IMG/VR virus record: IMGVR_UViG_3300029288_000057
Span: 160,001 to 224,000 of that record
Length of the DNA: 64,000 nucleotides
Strand: one strand, 5' to 3'
From: a virus
Taxonomy: Duplodnaviria > Caudoviricetes
Part shown: piece by piece, positions 31,563-41,381 of the stretch
Position numbering within the stretch: the first letter of the stretch is position 1
Layout of the letters: every line of letters begins with the position of its first letter
The notes under the pieces: model-generated
Seen by the model: only the letters and a program-made list of their open reading frames with translations
What the model was told of the DNA's origin: nothing
The model's database searches: none
Program-made: the position numbers and the translations under genes

Positions 31563-32356
31563 ATTAAAACTTCTTCTAAAAGTATTTTCCTAACGTTTTC
31601 AACAGAATCTACATAATTTTTTGATAAAAGTAAATTGTTTTCTATTCCTGGGAGTAATTTTTCATAACTTTCTGGGGTTAAGCTGTTACAAACACCTAAA
31701 ATTTCCTTTAAATCATTGACAACAATGATTGAACTAATGTCAAAAAAATCCTCAATGTTTGGGCATCCCCAATAAATAGGAACCGTTTTAGTGACAAAGC
31801 AATCCATTATTTTTTCTGTAAAGCAATTCTTCTGTCTTGAGTTTTCAATGCAAATATGAAATTGTGAATCAAAAACTGGGTCTTTTTTTTCACCAAGTAT
31901 TTTGTTGTTGTTAAAATTTTCCACCCCAAGAAACTTGCTAATATAAAAGTCTATTGGATTGTTTATTTTTTCTTGTTTGTAATGTACCTTCTTTCTTAAC
32001 ATGTGACCATCAGTCCACTCTTTGTGTCCAGTTATGTTAGAGATTTGAAATTTCTTTTCTGGAAAACTATAATCTTGTATCCAAGTCGTGCCGAATGGCA
32101 TAAAATATGCATGTTTACAACTTTTTAATATTTCCTCATCATAGGTTAGTATTGCATCAAACCTATCTTTATTTCTTATTACCTCATCTCGTAGCTTACA
32201 AATTGCCTCAAGTTCTTTTACGTGCAAAATTTTAAAACTATCTTCATCTGGATTATATCCTTGAAAGCCGTCAAGAAAATATCTTATCCGCCTTTTATAA
32301 TCTACCTCTATGTTTGGATAGTCAGGATATGTAAAGGAATTAATTATCTGTTTCAT
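31559..32356 (-). CDS. GT10-like fucosyltransferase
   Basis: QFHICIENS..FTEKIMDCF..TVPIYWG. Confidence 0.8.
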   Translation of the reverse strand: MKQIINSFTYPDYPNIEVDYKRRIRYFLDGFQGYNPDEDSFKILHVKELEAICKLRDEVIRNKDRFDAILTYDEEILKSCKHAYFMPFGTTWIQDYSFPEKKFQISNITGHKEWTDGHMLRKKVHYKQEKINNPIDFYISKFLGVENFNNNKILGEKKDPVFDSQFHICIENSRQKNCFTEKIMDCFVTKTVPIYWGCPNIEDFFDISSIIVVNDLKEILGVCNSLTPESYEKLLPGIENNLLLSKNYVDSVENVRKILLEEVLI

Positions 32357-34327
32357 TTATATTGTTTTAATTTTTACTTCTTCTTTGATTTGGTGAAAAA
32401 ACTTGCCCCCCTTTCTTCCATACCAAACAACTTCTCGTGAAAATTCCTTTTTATTGGGAAAAGTCGCATTAGGAATGGTCTCAATAGTTGTTGCCCCCCT
32501 TTCAAGTTCACCAATAATTCCAGCTTTACAGTTTTCAAAAAAATTATGGATATCATAGGATAAAAAAACTGTTTTAGAACTTTGGTTGTCGAACCTTACG
32601 CTTCTTGCTTTTTGATATTTTATTGTGTCGTTTAAAATTTCTCTTTCTTTAAAAATGTTTGAAAATTTTTCTAACAAAAAGTTTTCTATTTCTAAATAAA
32701 AATCATCAATTTTCTCTGATACTCTTAAATACGAAGCCTCTTCGGGAGGCCAAGATATGTTTTCAAATCCTACAACTCTTTGTCCAAAACCATTTCCCAA
32801 CAACACCCCATTTAATAAAATGTCTATTTTTTTTAATTCTTTTCCAATAATGGTTTTTGGATTAGATTCCCCAAATTCTATAACTCCTTTGTAAAAATCC
32901 GAGTATTTAATTTTAAAATGATACTTTAAGACTATTGCTATGACTTGTAAAAGCCCCAACGTATGCATGCTTTGAATTATCCAACTATATTTAAAAGAGC
33001 GGATATAGTCGGACTGTTTCATTGTTTTAGTTCCAACAACAATAGTCTCCTTTTCGACAACATCAGAAGAGGATTTAAAACTAGAGTGGGCTTGAAATAT
33101 GGGAATTTCAACACTTTTTATTTCGAATTCCTTCTGATATTCTTTATCTCCCATTTTTGCATTTGGCATTATTACACAATTATACACTACAATCCCATTG
33201 TGCTGAGAGTTATCTAATAATAAATCTATTCCTCCAACAAATGATTCATATGTTTCTCCTGGAAGAGGCAATATTAACTCTGTGTATGTAATAAGCCCAC
33301 TAGCATTATATTTTTTTTGTAATTCATTGAAAAATTCCATTTTAATATTTATTCTCTGAATGTTTTCGAGAGTCTCATTGTTCAACGACTGCATGCTTAT
33401 TGAAGCGCCCTTGTTCATTCCTGCATTAGCAAAAATTTGAGATAACTCAAAAACCTTATCAGTAGAATTTTTTGTGAAGCAAACCCTAAATTGTTTTGGA
33501 TATCCAAAATTAATTTTGTTCTCTGTCATTTTTATTGCATAATCCCTATCTCTCTTGAATATTCCGAAGTTTGCGTCGGCACCAAAGATAAAATCGACTT
33601 TCTTTTCTGTAAAATAATCTAATTCATCTAACAATCTGTTATTGTCAAATTTTCTAACTTTAGACTCAGTAGCAGAGCCCCAATCACAAAACGTACATTT
33701 AAATGGACACCCACGGTTTGTTTCCCAAGTTATCATCCATGAATATTTTTTATTACACAATAAACTATCAAATGTTCCGCTTAAATATGGAGAAGGAATG
33801 GTGTTTAAATCTGAAATTACATTTCTGTGTGAAGATTTTACAACTACATCGTTCTTTCTGTCATAAAACGTGGTGCCAGGAATTTTTTTAAGATTATCAA
33901 AATCAAGTGGGGAATACTTTTTTAATATTTCACAGAACGTTTCTTCACCTTCTCCGTGAACAATAATGTCAACAAATGGATATAGTTTAAAAAAGTCAAG
34001 GATTTCGCCTGGAACATGAGGTCCTCCCAAAATTATAAGACATTTGGGGTTGTTTTTTTTTACCTCTTCGGCCAACTTGAGGCTCAATAGCCAATTCCAA
34101 TTATAACAGGAGATGCCTAGCACATCGACCTCTCCTATTTGTTTTATTAATTTAGGCAAAGAATCTCTAATAAAAACAAATTCTTTAAAATTGAATTTTT
34201 TCGTTATTCTTTCATCAGTCGAAGCGTATGCTAACAACACACCAATGCTATATGGCAAATAAACTTGAGTGCCGTATTTGTTGTTAAACTGGACTAGTTG
34301 TATGGAATATTTTTTATTTTCATTCAT
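32357..34327 (-). CDS. Cobalamin-binding radical SAM enzyme
   Basis: B12-binding N-terminus (GISCYNWN, LGGPH, GEGE) plus RGCPFKCTFC. Confidence 0.9.
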   Translation of the reverse strand: MNENKKYSIQLVQFNNKYGTQVYLPYSIGVLLAYASTDERITKKFNFKEFVFIRDSLPKLIKQIGEVDVLGISCYNWNWLLSLKLAEEVKKNNPKCLIILGGPHVPGEILDFFKLYPFVDIIVHGEGEETFCEILKKYSPLDFDNLKKIPGTTFYDRKNDVVVKSSHRNVISDLNTIPSPYLSGTFDSLLCNKKYSWMITWETNRGCPFKCTFCDWGSATESKVRKFDNNRLLDELDYFTEKKVDFIFGADANFGIFKRDRDYAIKMTENKINFGYPKQFRVCFTKNSTDKVFELSQIFANAGMNKGASISMQSLNNETLENIQRINIKMEFFNELQKKYNASGLITYTELILPLPGETYESFVGGIDLLLDNSQHNGIVVYNCVIMPNAKMGDKEYQKEFEIKSVEIPIFQAHSSFKSSSDVVEKETIVVGTKTMKQSDYIRSFKYSWIIQSMHTLGLLQVIAIVLKYHFKIKYSDFYKGVIEFGESNPKTIIGKELKKIDILLNGVLLGNGFGQRVVGFENISWPPEEASYLRVSEKIDDFYLEIENFLLEKFSNIFKEREILNDTIKYQKARSVRFDNQSSKTVFLSYDIHNFFENCKAGIIGELERGATTIETIPNATFPNKKEFSREVVWYGRKGGKFFHQIKEEVKIKTI

Positions 34328-35255
34328 TATAATAATTGCATATAAACCAGTCTGTGAAATATTTTAATCCTTCTGAAAAGTTAACCTCTGGAGTCCAACC
34401 TAGCTCGTTTTTTATTTTGTCAACATTTCCACAAGCATAAATAACATCTCCAGCTCTATGATAATTGGTTTTTTTAATAATTGATTTCGAATAAAGCATT
34501 TCTTTTAGCATGACCACAGAATCATATATTTTCATTTCAATACCAGAGCCAACATTATATGTTTTATTATTTGATTTTTCAGAGTTTAATGATAAAATGA
34601 TGGCATCCACCACATTGTTAATATAAATAAAATCTCTTGTGGGAAGACCATCGTCATAAATTTCAATTGTTTCGTTGGATAATAATTTCTTTACAAATAT
34701 ATTAAAAATTCCAGTATATGGATTGTTTATACTTTGCCCATCTCCAAACACATTTTGTAATCTTAATATTGTGTATGGAGACTGATATGACAGCTCAATT
34801 AACTTTTCTTGTACCATTTTGCTTAGTCCATAAACGGATTTTGGATTTAGCGGAGATTCTTCTGACAAATTCTTTCCTTCTCCATAAACTGCTCTGGATG
34901 ATGTTAAAATTAATTTTTTAATTTTAAACTTATTTAACTTTTCAATTAACAATGATGTTCCTATAATGTTGGTGGATGTATGTTTGGTAATTTCAGTCAT
35001 TGATTGGTTGGTTCCAGTTTCTGCAGCTAGATGTACCACATAATCTATGTCATCAGATATTACAAAGTCTAAATCGCTAGGATTTCTAACATCTCCTTTA
35101 AAAACCTCTACTTTTTCACTTAAAGTAGATTTGTTTTTTTCGTGTACTTGTGGCAAAAAGTTATCTATAATTTTAACATCTGAACCCAATTCAATTAATT
35201 TATTTGCCAGTTTAGTTCCAATAAATCCAGCACCACCAGTTATTAAAACTTTCAT
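34320..35255 (-). CDS. NAD-dependent sugar epimerase/dehydratase
   Basis: ITGGAGFIG, HLAAETG, SSRAVYG, YGLSK. Confidence 0.9.
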   Translation of the reverse strand: MKVLITGGAGFIGTKLANKLIELGSDVKIIDNFLPQVHEKNKSTLSEKVEVFKGDVRNPSDLDFVISDDIDYVVHLAAETGTNQSMTEITKHTSTNIIGTSLLIEKLNKFKIKKLILTSSRAVYGEGKNLSEESPLNPKSVYGLSKMVQEKLIELSYQSPYTILRLQNVFGDGQSINNPYTGIFNIFVKKLLSNETIEIYDDGLPTRDFIYINNVVDAIILSLNSEKSNNKTYNVGSGIEMKIYDSVVMLKEMLYSKSIIKKTNYHRAGDVIYACGNVDKIKNELGWTPEVNFSEGLKYFTDWFICNYYNE

Positions 35256-35256
35256 G

Positions 35257-35952
35257 CTATTTTTTTTTAAAAAAAGCTAATTTGTTAGGTCCATATATTG
35301 TTGTTGGTAAGTCAAATAATTCACATGATTCTATAGTGTTTGTCAAATATTCATTTTCTTCTTTGTTTAAAAATTGACTTGTGAATTCTTTTGTTTTGAT
35401 ATAGCTTTCTATGGTGTTTACTGTTGTATTGCTTCTGTCGTCGCTAATGTCTAATGGAAATCCATACAAATCTTTAAATTGACCATATGGCCAAAAGGAT
35501 GTGTGAAGGTCTTCGATAAAATACATTCCACCGCTTTTTAAATGTTTAAACAAAAACCCTAAACTTACTTGTTGTTGCCCCATCATATGACCACCATCAT
35601 CAACTATGATGTCTAACTCACCAGTTTGCTCAACAACCCTTTGTAAATCCGCTCTCTTTTGTTGATTGGCGATATAAGTAGTTACCCTATCATTTTCGTG
35701 ATGCTTGGAATTGGCGATGTCAATTGCGTGTATTTTAGCTTTTGAGAAGTATTCATACCACATTTTTAAAGAAGGTCCAGAACCAATTCCTATTTCAAGA
35801 AAATTTAATTCTTCATTTCTTTTTTCTTCCATATATCTATTATATATTGTGGTAAAAAACAGCCTGGGACCATGATTGCCTTCGCTTGGCATAACAGTTC
35901 CTTTGTCAGATGCATATTTATTAGCCAAATCGCTTAAAACGTCTTCTTTCAT
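35257..35952 (-). CDS. Class I SAM sugar O-methyltransferase (MycE-like)
   Basis: SDKG, LEIGIG, DIIVDDGGH, GGMYFIEDL. Confidence 0.8.
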   Translation of the reverse strand: MKEDVLSDLANKYASDKGTVMPSEGNHGPRLFFTTIYNRYMEEKRNEELNFLEIGIGSGPSLKMWYEYFSKAKIHAIDIANSKHHENDRVTTYIANQQKRADLQRVVEQTGELDIIVDDGGHMMGQQQVSLGFLFKHLKSGGMYFIEDLHTSFWPYGQFKDLYGFPLDISDDRSNTTVNTIESYIKTKEFTSQFLNKEENEYLTNTIESCELFDLPTTIYGPNKLAFFKKK

Positions 35953-36653
35953 AATGTTGTAATTTTTGTTTTAAAATATTCAATTTCTTTTGATTCTTTT
36001 TGTGGATAATTATCTAAAATTTTTGTCACTTGGTTGTTATGCATTCTAATGGTAACAGACACATCATTGAAGAAATGCGGCGTGCCATATTTCTTTTCTA
36101 GCCTATAGTGCATATCTACATCATTAATTATTATTAAGTTCTCATCGAAGAGGTTTTCTTCGTTCACAAAAAAAGAGACGCTAGGACATCCCAAAAGAGC
36201 GGAACAACCAATGAGGGGATTGAAGAAAATGGTGGGCATCATAATTTGTCGAATTGAGTTTTCATATTCATAGTTGTGTTGAAACCCAAAGGCGCCCCAT
36301 TTGATTGTCTTATCATTTGTTATTGCATTGTCTATTTCTTTTAATGCTTCTTCATTACAAAACACATCATCCATGTGCATTATTTTTATCACATCTCCAC
36401 TTGCTCTTTTTATTCCCGCATTCATATTTACAGAACTATTTCCTCGTCCATTTTCGTTAAAAAAATGAACAATAGTTAACTCTTTCTGCCAACAAGAAAC
36501 TACATCTTTTATAATGTCACTAGTAGAATGGTCTGGAATAACCACCTCAATGTCTTTATGGGTTTGTGAAGATATTGATTGTAGCAATTCTGTTATTAAC
36601 TTATCTCCCACCCCACGTGCTTCATACGCTGGTATTACAACTGAGATTTTCAT
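35949..36653 (-). CDS. GT2 glycosyltransferase
   Basis: ISVVIPAY, DHS, NAGIKRASGD, MDD. Confidence 0.85.
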   Translation of the reverse strand: MKISVVIPAYEARGVGDKLITELLQSISSQTHKDIEVVIPDHSTSDIIKDVVSCWQKELTIVHFFNENGRGNSSVNMNAGIKRASGDVIKIMHMDDVFCNEEALKEIDNAITNDKTIKWGAFGFQHNYEYENSIRQIMMPTIFFNPLIGCSALLGCPSVSFFVNEENLFDENLIIINDVDMHYRLEKKYGTPHFFNDVSVTIRMHNNQVTKILDNYPQKESKEIEYFKTKITTL

Positions 36654-37474
36654 TTTTTTCTTAACTTTTGTAATATAGGAATTTCTGAATCATAAACTTT
36701 AATCTCGCCATCTCCAATTAACTTTTCCATAGTTCTTATTCCTTCTATTAGTTCATCAGAGCTTTCAATTGATGCTGCCTGGTCTGACCCATACATACTT
36801 CTATCTGCTGTAATATGAAACTCCACGCACTCAGCTCCAAGTGCAACTGCACCATAACAAGCTATAAGACCATTGTAATGGTTTGAGAATCCTATTTTTT
36901 TGTTGGGGAACATTTTTTTAAGGGTTGTGATGGATTCTAAATTTACCTCTTCATTTTTTGTAGGATATGTGCTTGTACATGCCAAAACATATTCAACGCT
37001 TTCTAAACATTCTATTGCGCCTCTAATTTCTTCTTCTGTACTCATTCCAACTGAAAGAATCACTGGTTTTTTTGTTGCATTAATTTTTGACAGGAAGCTT
37101 TTGTCGGTTAGCATTGCTGAAGCAATTTTGTGATACTTCACGTTTAAATTTTGCTCTATCAGGTCTAAACTGTTTTCATCCCAACATGAAACTATAAAAT
37201 CTAAGGAATAGTTCTTAGCATATTTTTCAAGTTCAGCATATTGTTCGATAGAAAACTCCAATCCTTCTTTTTGTTGTCTTGTGGTGGTTCCCCATGGAGA
37301 CTCCCTAGGTTTATCTAATTCTTCTTTTGAGTAAACTATGTCAATAGTTCTTTTTTGAAACTTCACGGCATTTGCACCGTCCATTTTTGCTTTGTCTATT
37401 AATTCTTTTGCCAAATTAATATCCCCATTGTGATTAATACCAATTTCTGCGATGATGTAGACTTCTTTTTCCAT
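36650..37474 (-). CDS. neuB: Nonulosonic acid synthase (NeuB family, no SAF domain)
   Basis: IAEIGINHNGD, AVKFQKR, KIASA, STYP, GFSNH, EFHIT, GSDQAAS. Confidence 0.92.
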   Translation of the reverse strand: MEKEVYIIAEIGINHNGDINLAKELIDKAKMDGANAVKFQKRTIDIVYSKEELDKPRESPWGTTTRQQKEGLEFSIEQYAELEKYAKNYSLDFIVSCWDENSLDLIEQNLNVKYHKIASAMLTDKSFLSKINATKKPVILSVGMSTEEEIRGAIECLESVEYVLACTSTYPTKNEEVNLESITTLKKMFPNKKIGFSNHYNGLIACYGAVALGAECVEFHITADRSMYGSDQAASIESSDELIEGIRTMEKLIGDGEIKVYDSEIPILQKLRKK

Positions 37475-37493
37475 TTTTATTAAGTTTTTAGCT

Positions 37494-37524
37494 TAAATAT
37501 AAAAAAAAAAAGACAGTTAATCAA
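37494..37524 (-). promoter_or_regulatory. Host-RNAP-type promoter TTG-N20-TATATTTA
   Basis: Upstream of neuB, same geometry as the 26634 promoter. Confidence 0.5.
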
Positions 37525-37541
37525 TTATTTTTTAATTTTTT

Positions 37542-38327
37542 TTAACTTCCAGTTGGTACACCCCAAAATTCACACATTGAACAGAGTGGTACGTTGTCAC
37601 GTAATCCTTCTACATGCAACTTTTTCCACGCTAATCTCTTTTCGCCATTCCATATTTCACTCAATGTTTGCTGTTTAATATTCCCGATAACACCTAATTT
37701 ATTTGGGTCAAATCTAACACAAATGGAAACGTCTCCGTTAACATCGATAGCAATATGATTAAGAAAATCTAAACATATACCAACCTCTGGGATTGTTGGG
37801 GTCTTTTTTTGGTAATCAAAACTGCCCATTGGGGCATGTAATATCCTAGTTATAATTTGAGTATTTAACGCTTTGTATTTTGTTCCATCAACTTCTCCGA
37901 TTAACCTCAATGTTACAAACGGCTTATGACTTCCTTTGAGTTTTAAAAAATTAGTTATAATGTCATATTGTTCGTCTGATTCAACATCATCCTGAAATAT
38001 TGAAATTGACATTGTATCTAATTTATCTATTATTTCATCTGTCTTTCCCAACAACAACTTACCATTTGTAACTATATTTGTTATTTGTTTGTTAAACAAT
38101 TTAACAGCATCACCAAAGCGGCTGTACATTAATGGTTCTCCGTTATTGTGCAACTGTACTACAATTCCTTCTGGAACCTGTTTTGCGATATTCTCAAGCA
38201 AAGAAAATTCTATTTCTTGATTGTAGTTCGTCCCATTGTCTTTTTCTGTTTTTCTTCGGCCACACATCCAACATTTTTTATTACATTTGTTGGTAAGCTC
38301 AACATTTAATGTTGTTAATCCGTTCAT
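37542..38327 (-). CDS. Radical SAM / SPASM-twitch enzyme
   Basis: CNKKCWMC, GEPL, TNG; C-terminal C..(NGDVSIC)..GNI..CSMC. Confidence 0.88.
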   Translation of the reverse strand: MNGLTTLNVELTNKCNKKCWMCGRRKTEKDNGTNYNQEIEFSLLENIAKQVPEGIVVQLHNNGEPLMYSRFGDAVKLFNKQITNIVTNGKLLLGKTDEIIDKLDTMSISIFQDDVESDEQYDIITNFLKLKGSHKPFVTLRLIGEVDGTKYKALNTQIITRILHAPMGSFDYQKKTPTIPEVGICLDFLNHIAIDVNGDVSICVRFDPNKLGVIGNIKQQTLSEIWNGEKRLAWKKLHVEGLRDNVPLCSMCEFWGVPTGS

Positions 38328-38335
38328 TGTAAAAT

Positions 38336-39313
38336 TTATTTTTTGAAAGAATATGGAGTTGAAGCTCCATCTTCTAATTTACACTCTTCGTTAAACATTT
38401 TAATTTGTTTAATTAAATCAACCCCAACTTTATCTCCCCAGATGGTTATTAATTTTTTTGTATAATGTCCCATTGGTTTTTTGCCAATTTTAATCCCATT
38501 TAAAGAGCTGACTGGTAAAATTGAAAAAGGGGTGCCAGTCATGAATGCCTCATCAGCAGTATAAACATCATAAGGAGTGATGTTTTTTTCAATACATGTA
38601 ATTTTATGTTCTTTACAAATAGAAAAAATATAATCACGACTTATTCCACGCAACACATTTCTTCCTTCTGGCGTTATTACTGTATCATTTTTAACAATAA
38701 AAAAATTATCTCCAGTTCCTTCGGCAATGAAGCCATTTGTGTCAAGCAATAGAGCCCAATTGTTATCTCCTTTAACCTCTGAAACCTCGATGTTCGCCAT
38801 TTGATAGTGAAGTCTGCTCCTGTTCTTAATCTTGGGGTCTAACAATTCTGATGGAATTGCCCTTTGTGATGGTATGACTGCGTTAATCCCCTTATCATAT
38901 AGTTCTCCCATGCCCACAACAGTCCATTTGAGCGGGAAATCAGCAATAACAATTGTTGTTCCTACATGACCGTCAAATACTCGATGATATATTCCCAATG
39001 GTCCCCTGCTGACATTTATCATCAACCTGTGCTCATCAGTATTGGTGAACAAATGCTCATTCTTTTCAATTGTTTTATAACAGGCCTGCTCCATCTCTTT
39101 TAATGTCATTGTCATTGGTATTCTGAGAATCTTAATTCCATTGTACAAACGTTCTAAATGCTCGCATAACATAAATTGCTTTTTATTAAATGAACGAGTC
39201 ATCTCAAACACCATATCTCCAAACATAAGAGCCGAGTCAAATATTGAAATCTTTGCCTCATCCTCTGGTACATAAACCCCATTTATGTACACCACCCTTT
39301 TGTTTTTATTCAT
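38336..39313 (-). CDS. PLP class IV aminotransferase (IlvE/D-amino acid aminotransferase fold)
   Basis: FGDMVFE, KIKNRSRL, EGTGDNFF, LRGISR, ADEAFMTGT. Confidence 0.9.
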   Translation of the reverse strand: MNKNKRVVYINGVYVPEDEAKISIFDSALMFGDMVFEMTRSFNKKQFMLCEHLERLYNGIKILRIPMTMTLKEMEQACYKTIEKNEHLFTNTDEHRLMINVSRGPLGIYHRVFDGHVGTTIVIADFPLKWTVVGMGELYDKGINAVIPSQRAIPSELLDPKIKNRSRLHYQMANIEVSEVKGDNNWALLLDTNGFIAEGTGDNFFIVKNDTVITPEGRNVLRGISRDYIFSICKEHKITCIEKNITPYDVYTADEAFMTGTPFSILPVSSLNGIKIGKKPMGHYTKKLITIWGDKVGVDLIKQIKMFNEECKLEDGASTPYSFKK

Positions 39314-39929
39314 TTTTAAATCCTTTTATTAAAACTGTTGGACTTGTAATTTTTTCTTTTTCTCTTAAAACAAGAAATGTGTCAATTTGAAAATATGAAG
39401 AAAATTTGTTATATAAACCATTTTCGTCACCTATAATGTCTTTTCCATAAAATTTTTGTGTAATATCGGGAAACGGTAAAGCCACCAAAAATTCGCCATT
39501 CGTTTTTAACAATTTTTTTATTTTTAAAAACACCGCATCAATATTATCAACAATGTACCATAAAGTGCCAGACAAAACAATTAAATCATATTTCACGGTA
39601 AGTGGAAATGATTCTGATAAAATATCATGGGAAAAAAAATTAATGTTTGGATATAGAAGCTTTGCCTTTTCAATGGCAGTTTGGCTAATATCACAAGCAT
39701 CTAGTAATTCACAATGGTGGTTAATTATATTTGAAATATTTCCCAATCCGCACCCCAAATCTAAAACTCTTTCATATTTTTTTTCTGACAGGACTTCATT
39801 CATAATCCTTATTTCTAATGTGTGGTGTCTCTTAGATTGTTTCCATGGGTCTTCGCAATCGATATACATGTTGTCAAAATCGCCAACCAATTTGCCATCT
39901 TTAAAAACGTAATCATGATAATCTTTCAT
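39306..39929 (-). CDS. Class I SAM methyltransferase (NodS-like)
   Basis: DPW, VLDLGCGLG, CDISQTAI, YDLIVLSGTLWY. Confidence 0.85.
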   Translation of the reverse strand: MKDYHDYVFKDGKLVGDFDNMYIDCEDPWKQSKRHHTLEIRIMNEVLSEKKYERVLDLGCGLGNISNIINHHCELLDACDISQTAIEKAKLLYPNINFFSHDILSESFPLTVKYDLIVLSGTLWYIVDNIDAVFLKIKKLLKTNGEFLVALPFPDITQKFYGKDIIGDENGLYNKFSSYFQIDTFLVLREKEKITSPTVLIKGFKNE

Positions 39930-39930
39930 A

Positions 39931-40596
39931 TTATAATTTTTTTAAATAAAATTCACATATTTCAATATCACCTTTTTTGTCTATTTCATAAGATTTCCAA
40001 AAATCCATTATGTATATCCCAATTTTCCCACCTAACCTATTGTTGTTTTCGGACAAAACAGATGGTTTAAAAACATAAATTGACCCATTTTCAAGGTATT
40101 GCGGCTTTTTTACTTGCCGCCTTTCTCTGTTTTTGTAATCAAAATTTACTGATATAAGCCCAAATCCATTTTCTTCCCAGATACAATAATCTTCCAACCT
40201 GGCCGCAGAAAATAATGAATCATAATTATTATTAACCAACATAGTTATTGCATGATTAATATCCTCAACACATCTAAGCGGAGACGTCGGTTGAAGGAAT
40301 ACTACTAAATCAACTTCTCCTATGATGTCTAGGGCGTGTTCTAATGCATCTTCTGAAGTAGAAGTGTCTAATGCCAACTCATCTGGCCTTTTAATTGGCT
40401 TTGCTCCATATTTGGTTGCAATATTGAGAATTTCATCAGAATCGGATGAAACATAAGTCTCGGAAACCAAATTAGAGCCAATAGATTGTTCAATTGACCA
40501 TACGATAAGCGGCTTGCCACCAACATCTATTATGTTTTTGTTTGGAATTCCTTTAGACCCACCTCTTGCCAATATGATTGATACTATTTTTTTCAT
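39931..40596 (-). CDS. neuA: CMP-nonulosonate synthetase (cytidylyltransferase)
   Basis: ILARGGSKGIPNKNI, RPDELA, LQPTSPLR, ENGSIY, EID. Confidence 0.93.
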   Translation of the reverse strand: MKKIVSIILARGGSKGIPNKNIIDVGGKPLIVWSIEQSIGSNLVSETYVSSDSDEILNIATKYGAKPIKRPDELALDTSTSEDALEHALDIIGEVDLVVFLQPTSPLRCVEDINHAITMLVNNNYDSLFSAARLEDYCIWEENGFGLISVNFDYKNRERRQVKKPQYLENGSIYVFKPSVLSENNNRLGGKIGIYIMDFWKSYEIDKKGDIEICEFYLKKL

Positions 40597-40612
40597 TATG
40601 TTTAAATAATCA

Positions 40613-40643
40613 TAAAGATAGTGAAATTTATTTAATTTTCAAA
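40613..40643 (-). promoter_or_regulatory. Host-RNAP-type promoter TTTG-N19-TATCTTTA
   Basis: Upstream of neuA. Confidence 0.5.
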
Positions 40644-41381
40644 TTATAAATCTTTATATTCAAAAATTTTCCAATGGGAATCTTTATTTAAATTATAAAT
40701 CTTTATGCCTTTTTTCTTTGCTGAATCGGCAATGATTTGCATGTCATTTAATATGCTTTCGCCATAAGTTTCGAAGTGAGTTAAATCGGGAACCTGTGTT
40801 CCACTTATGTTTTTTGCATATCCAAGTCGATAATTAAAGTCTAATCCAACAATGTATATTTCAGAAAATCCCATTAAAACCGAAAACGCCACCATGTGCA
40901 ATGCAACGGTGCTGGCTGGACTATAATGTTTATCAAACCCAGTGTAATTCTGCAGTTGTTCTTGTATTGTTAATCGTTTAGGGTTAAAATATCTTTCACA
41001 ACCAGCGGAACCGTAACAATTAACGCAATTTTTCCCACCAAAATGTCTCTGGTCATATGGCAAAAAATCGGCCTCTATTTTTCCTTCCAGCCAATCTTGG
41101 CTTGTTAAATCAACTGTATCTGCATAAATTAAAGTTATTTTGTGTTGATTTACAACATCTATTTTGCTTGTGCAATTTTCAATTGTATTGGCAAGAACCC
41201 AATAGTCTGGAGGACAATCTGGATAATAGTCATTCCACGAGTTGCAAGAGATAATTGTGTAATTATCGTTTTTAAAGCCTTTTAATTTATCGATGTATGG
41301 ATTTAAACTGGGACCTTGTGCGGCCACAATACACTTTCCCCCTTTATGTTTGTCTATGATATCTTCTATTGTTAACTTCAT
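40644..41381 (-). CDS. Maf/DUF115 (GT42-like fold) candidate nonulosonate transferase
   Basis: KHKGGKCIVAAQGPSL, ISCN, PDYWV, TVA..LMGFSEIYIVGLDF, KIYNL. Confidence 0.7.
   Translation of the reverse strand: MKLTIEDIIDKHKGGKCIVAAQGPSLNPYIDKLKGFKNDNYTIISCNSWNDYYPDCPPDYWVLANTIENCTSKIDVVNQHKITLIYADTVDLTSQDWLEGKIEADFLPYDQRHFGGKNCVNCYGSAGCERYFNPKRLTIQEQLQNYTGFDKHYSPASTVALHMVAFSVLMGFSEIYIVGLDFNYRLGYAKNISGTQVPDLTHFETYGESILNDMQIIADSAKKKGIKIYNLNKDSHWKIFEYKDL

Noticed and set aside
38336-39313. ilvE as a branched-chain amino acid metabolic gene
   Set aside because: No other ilv genes; embedded between neuA and neuB, so symbol withheld
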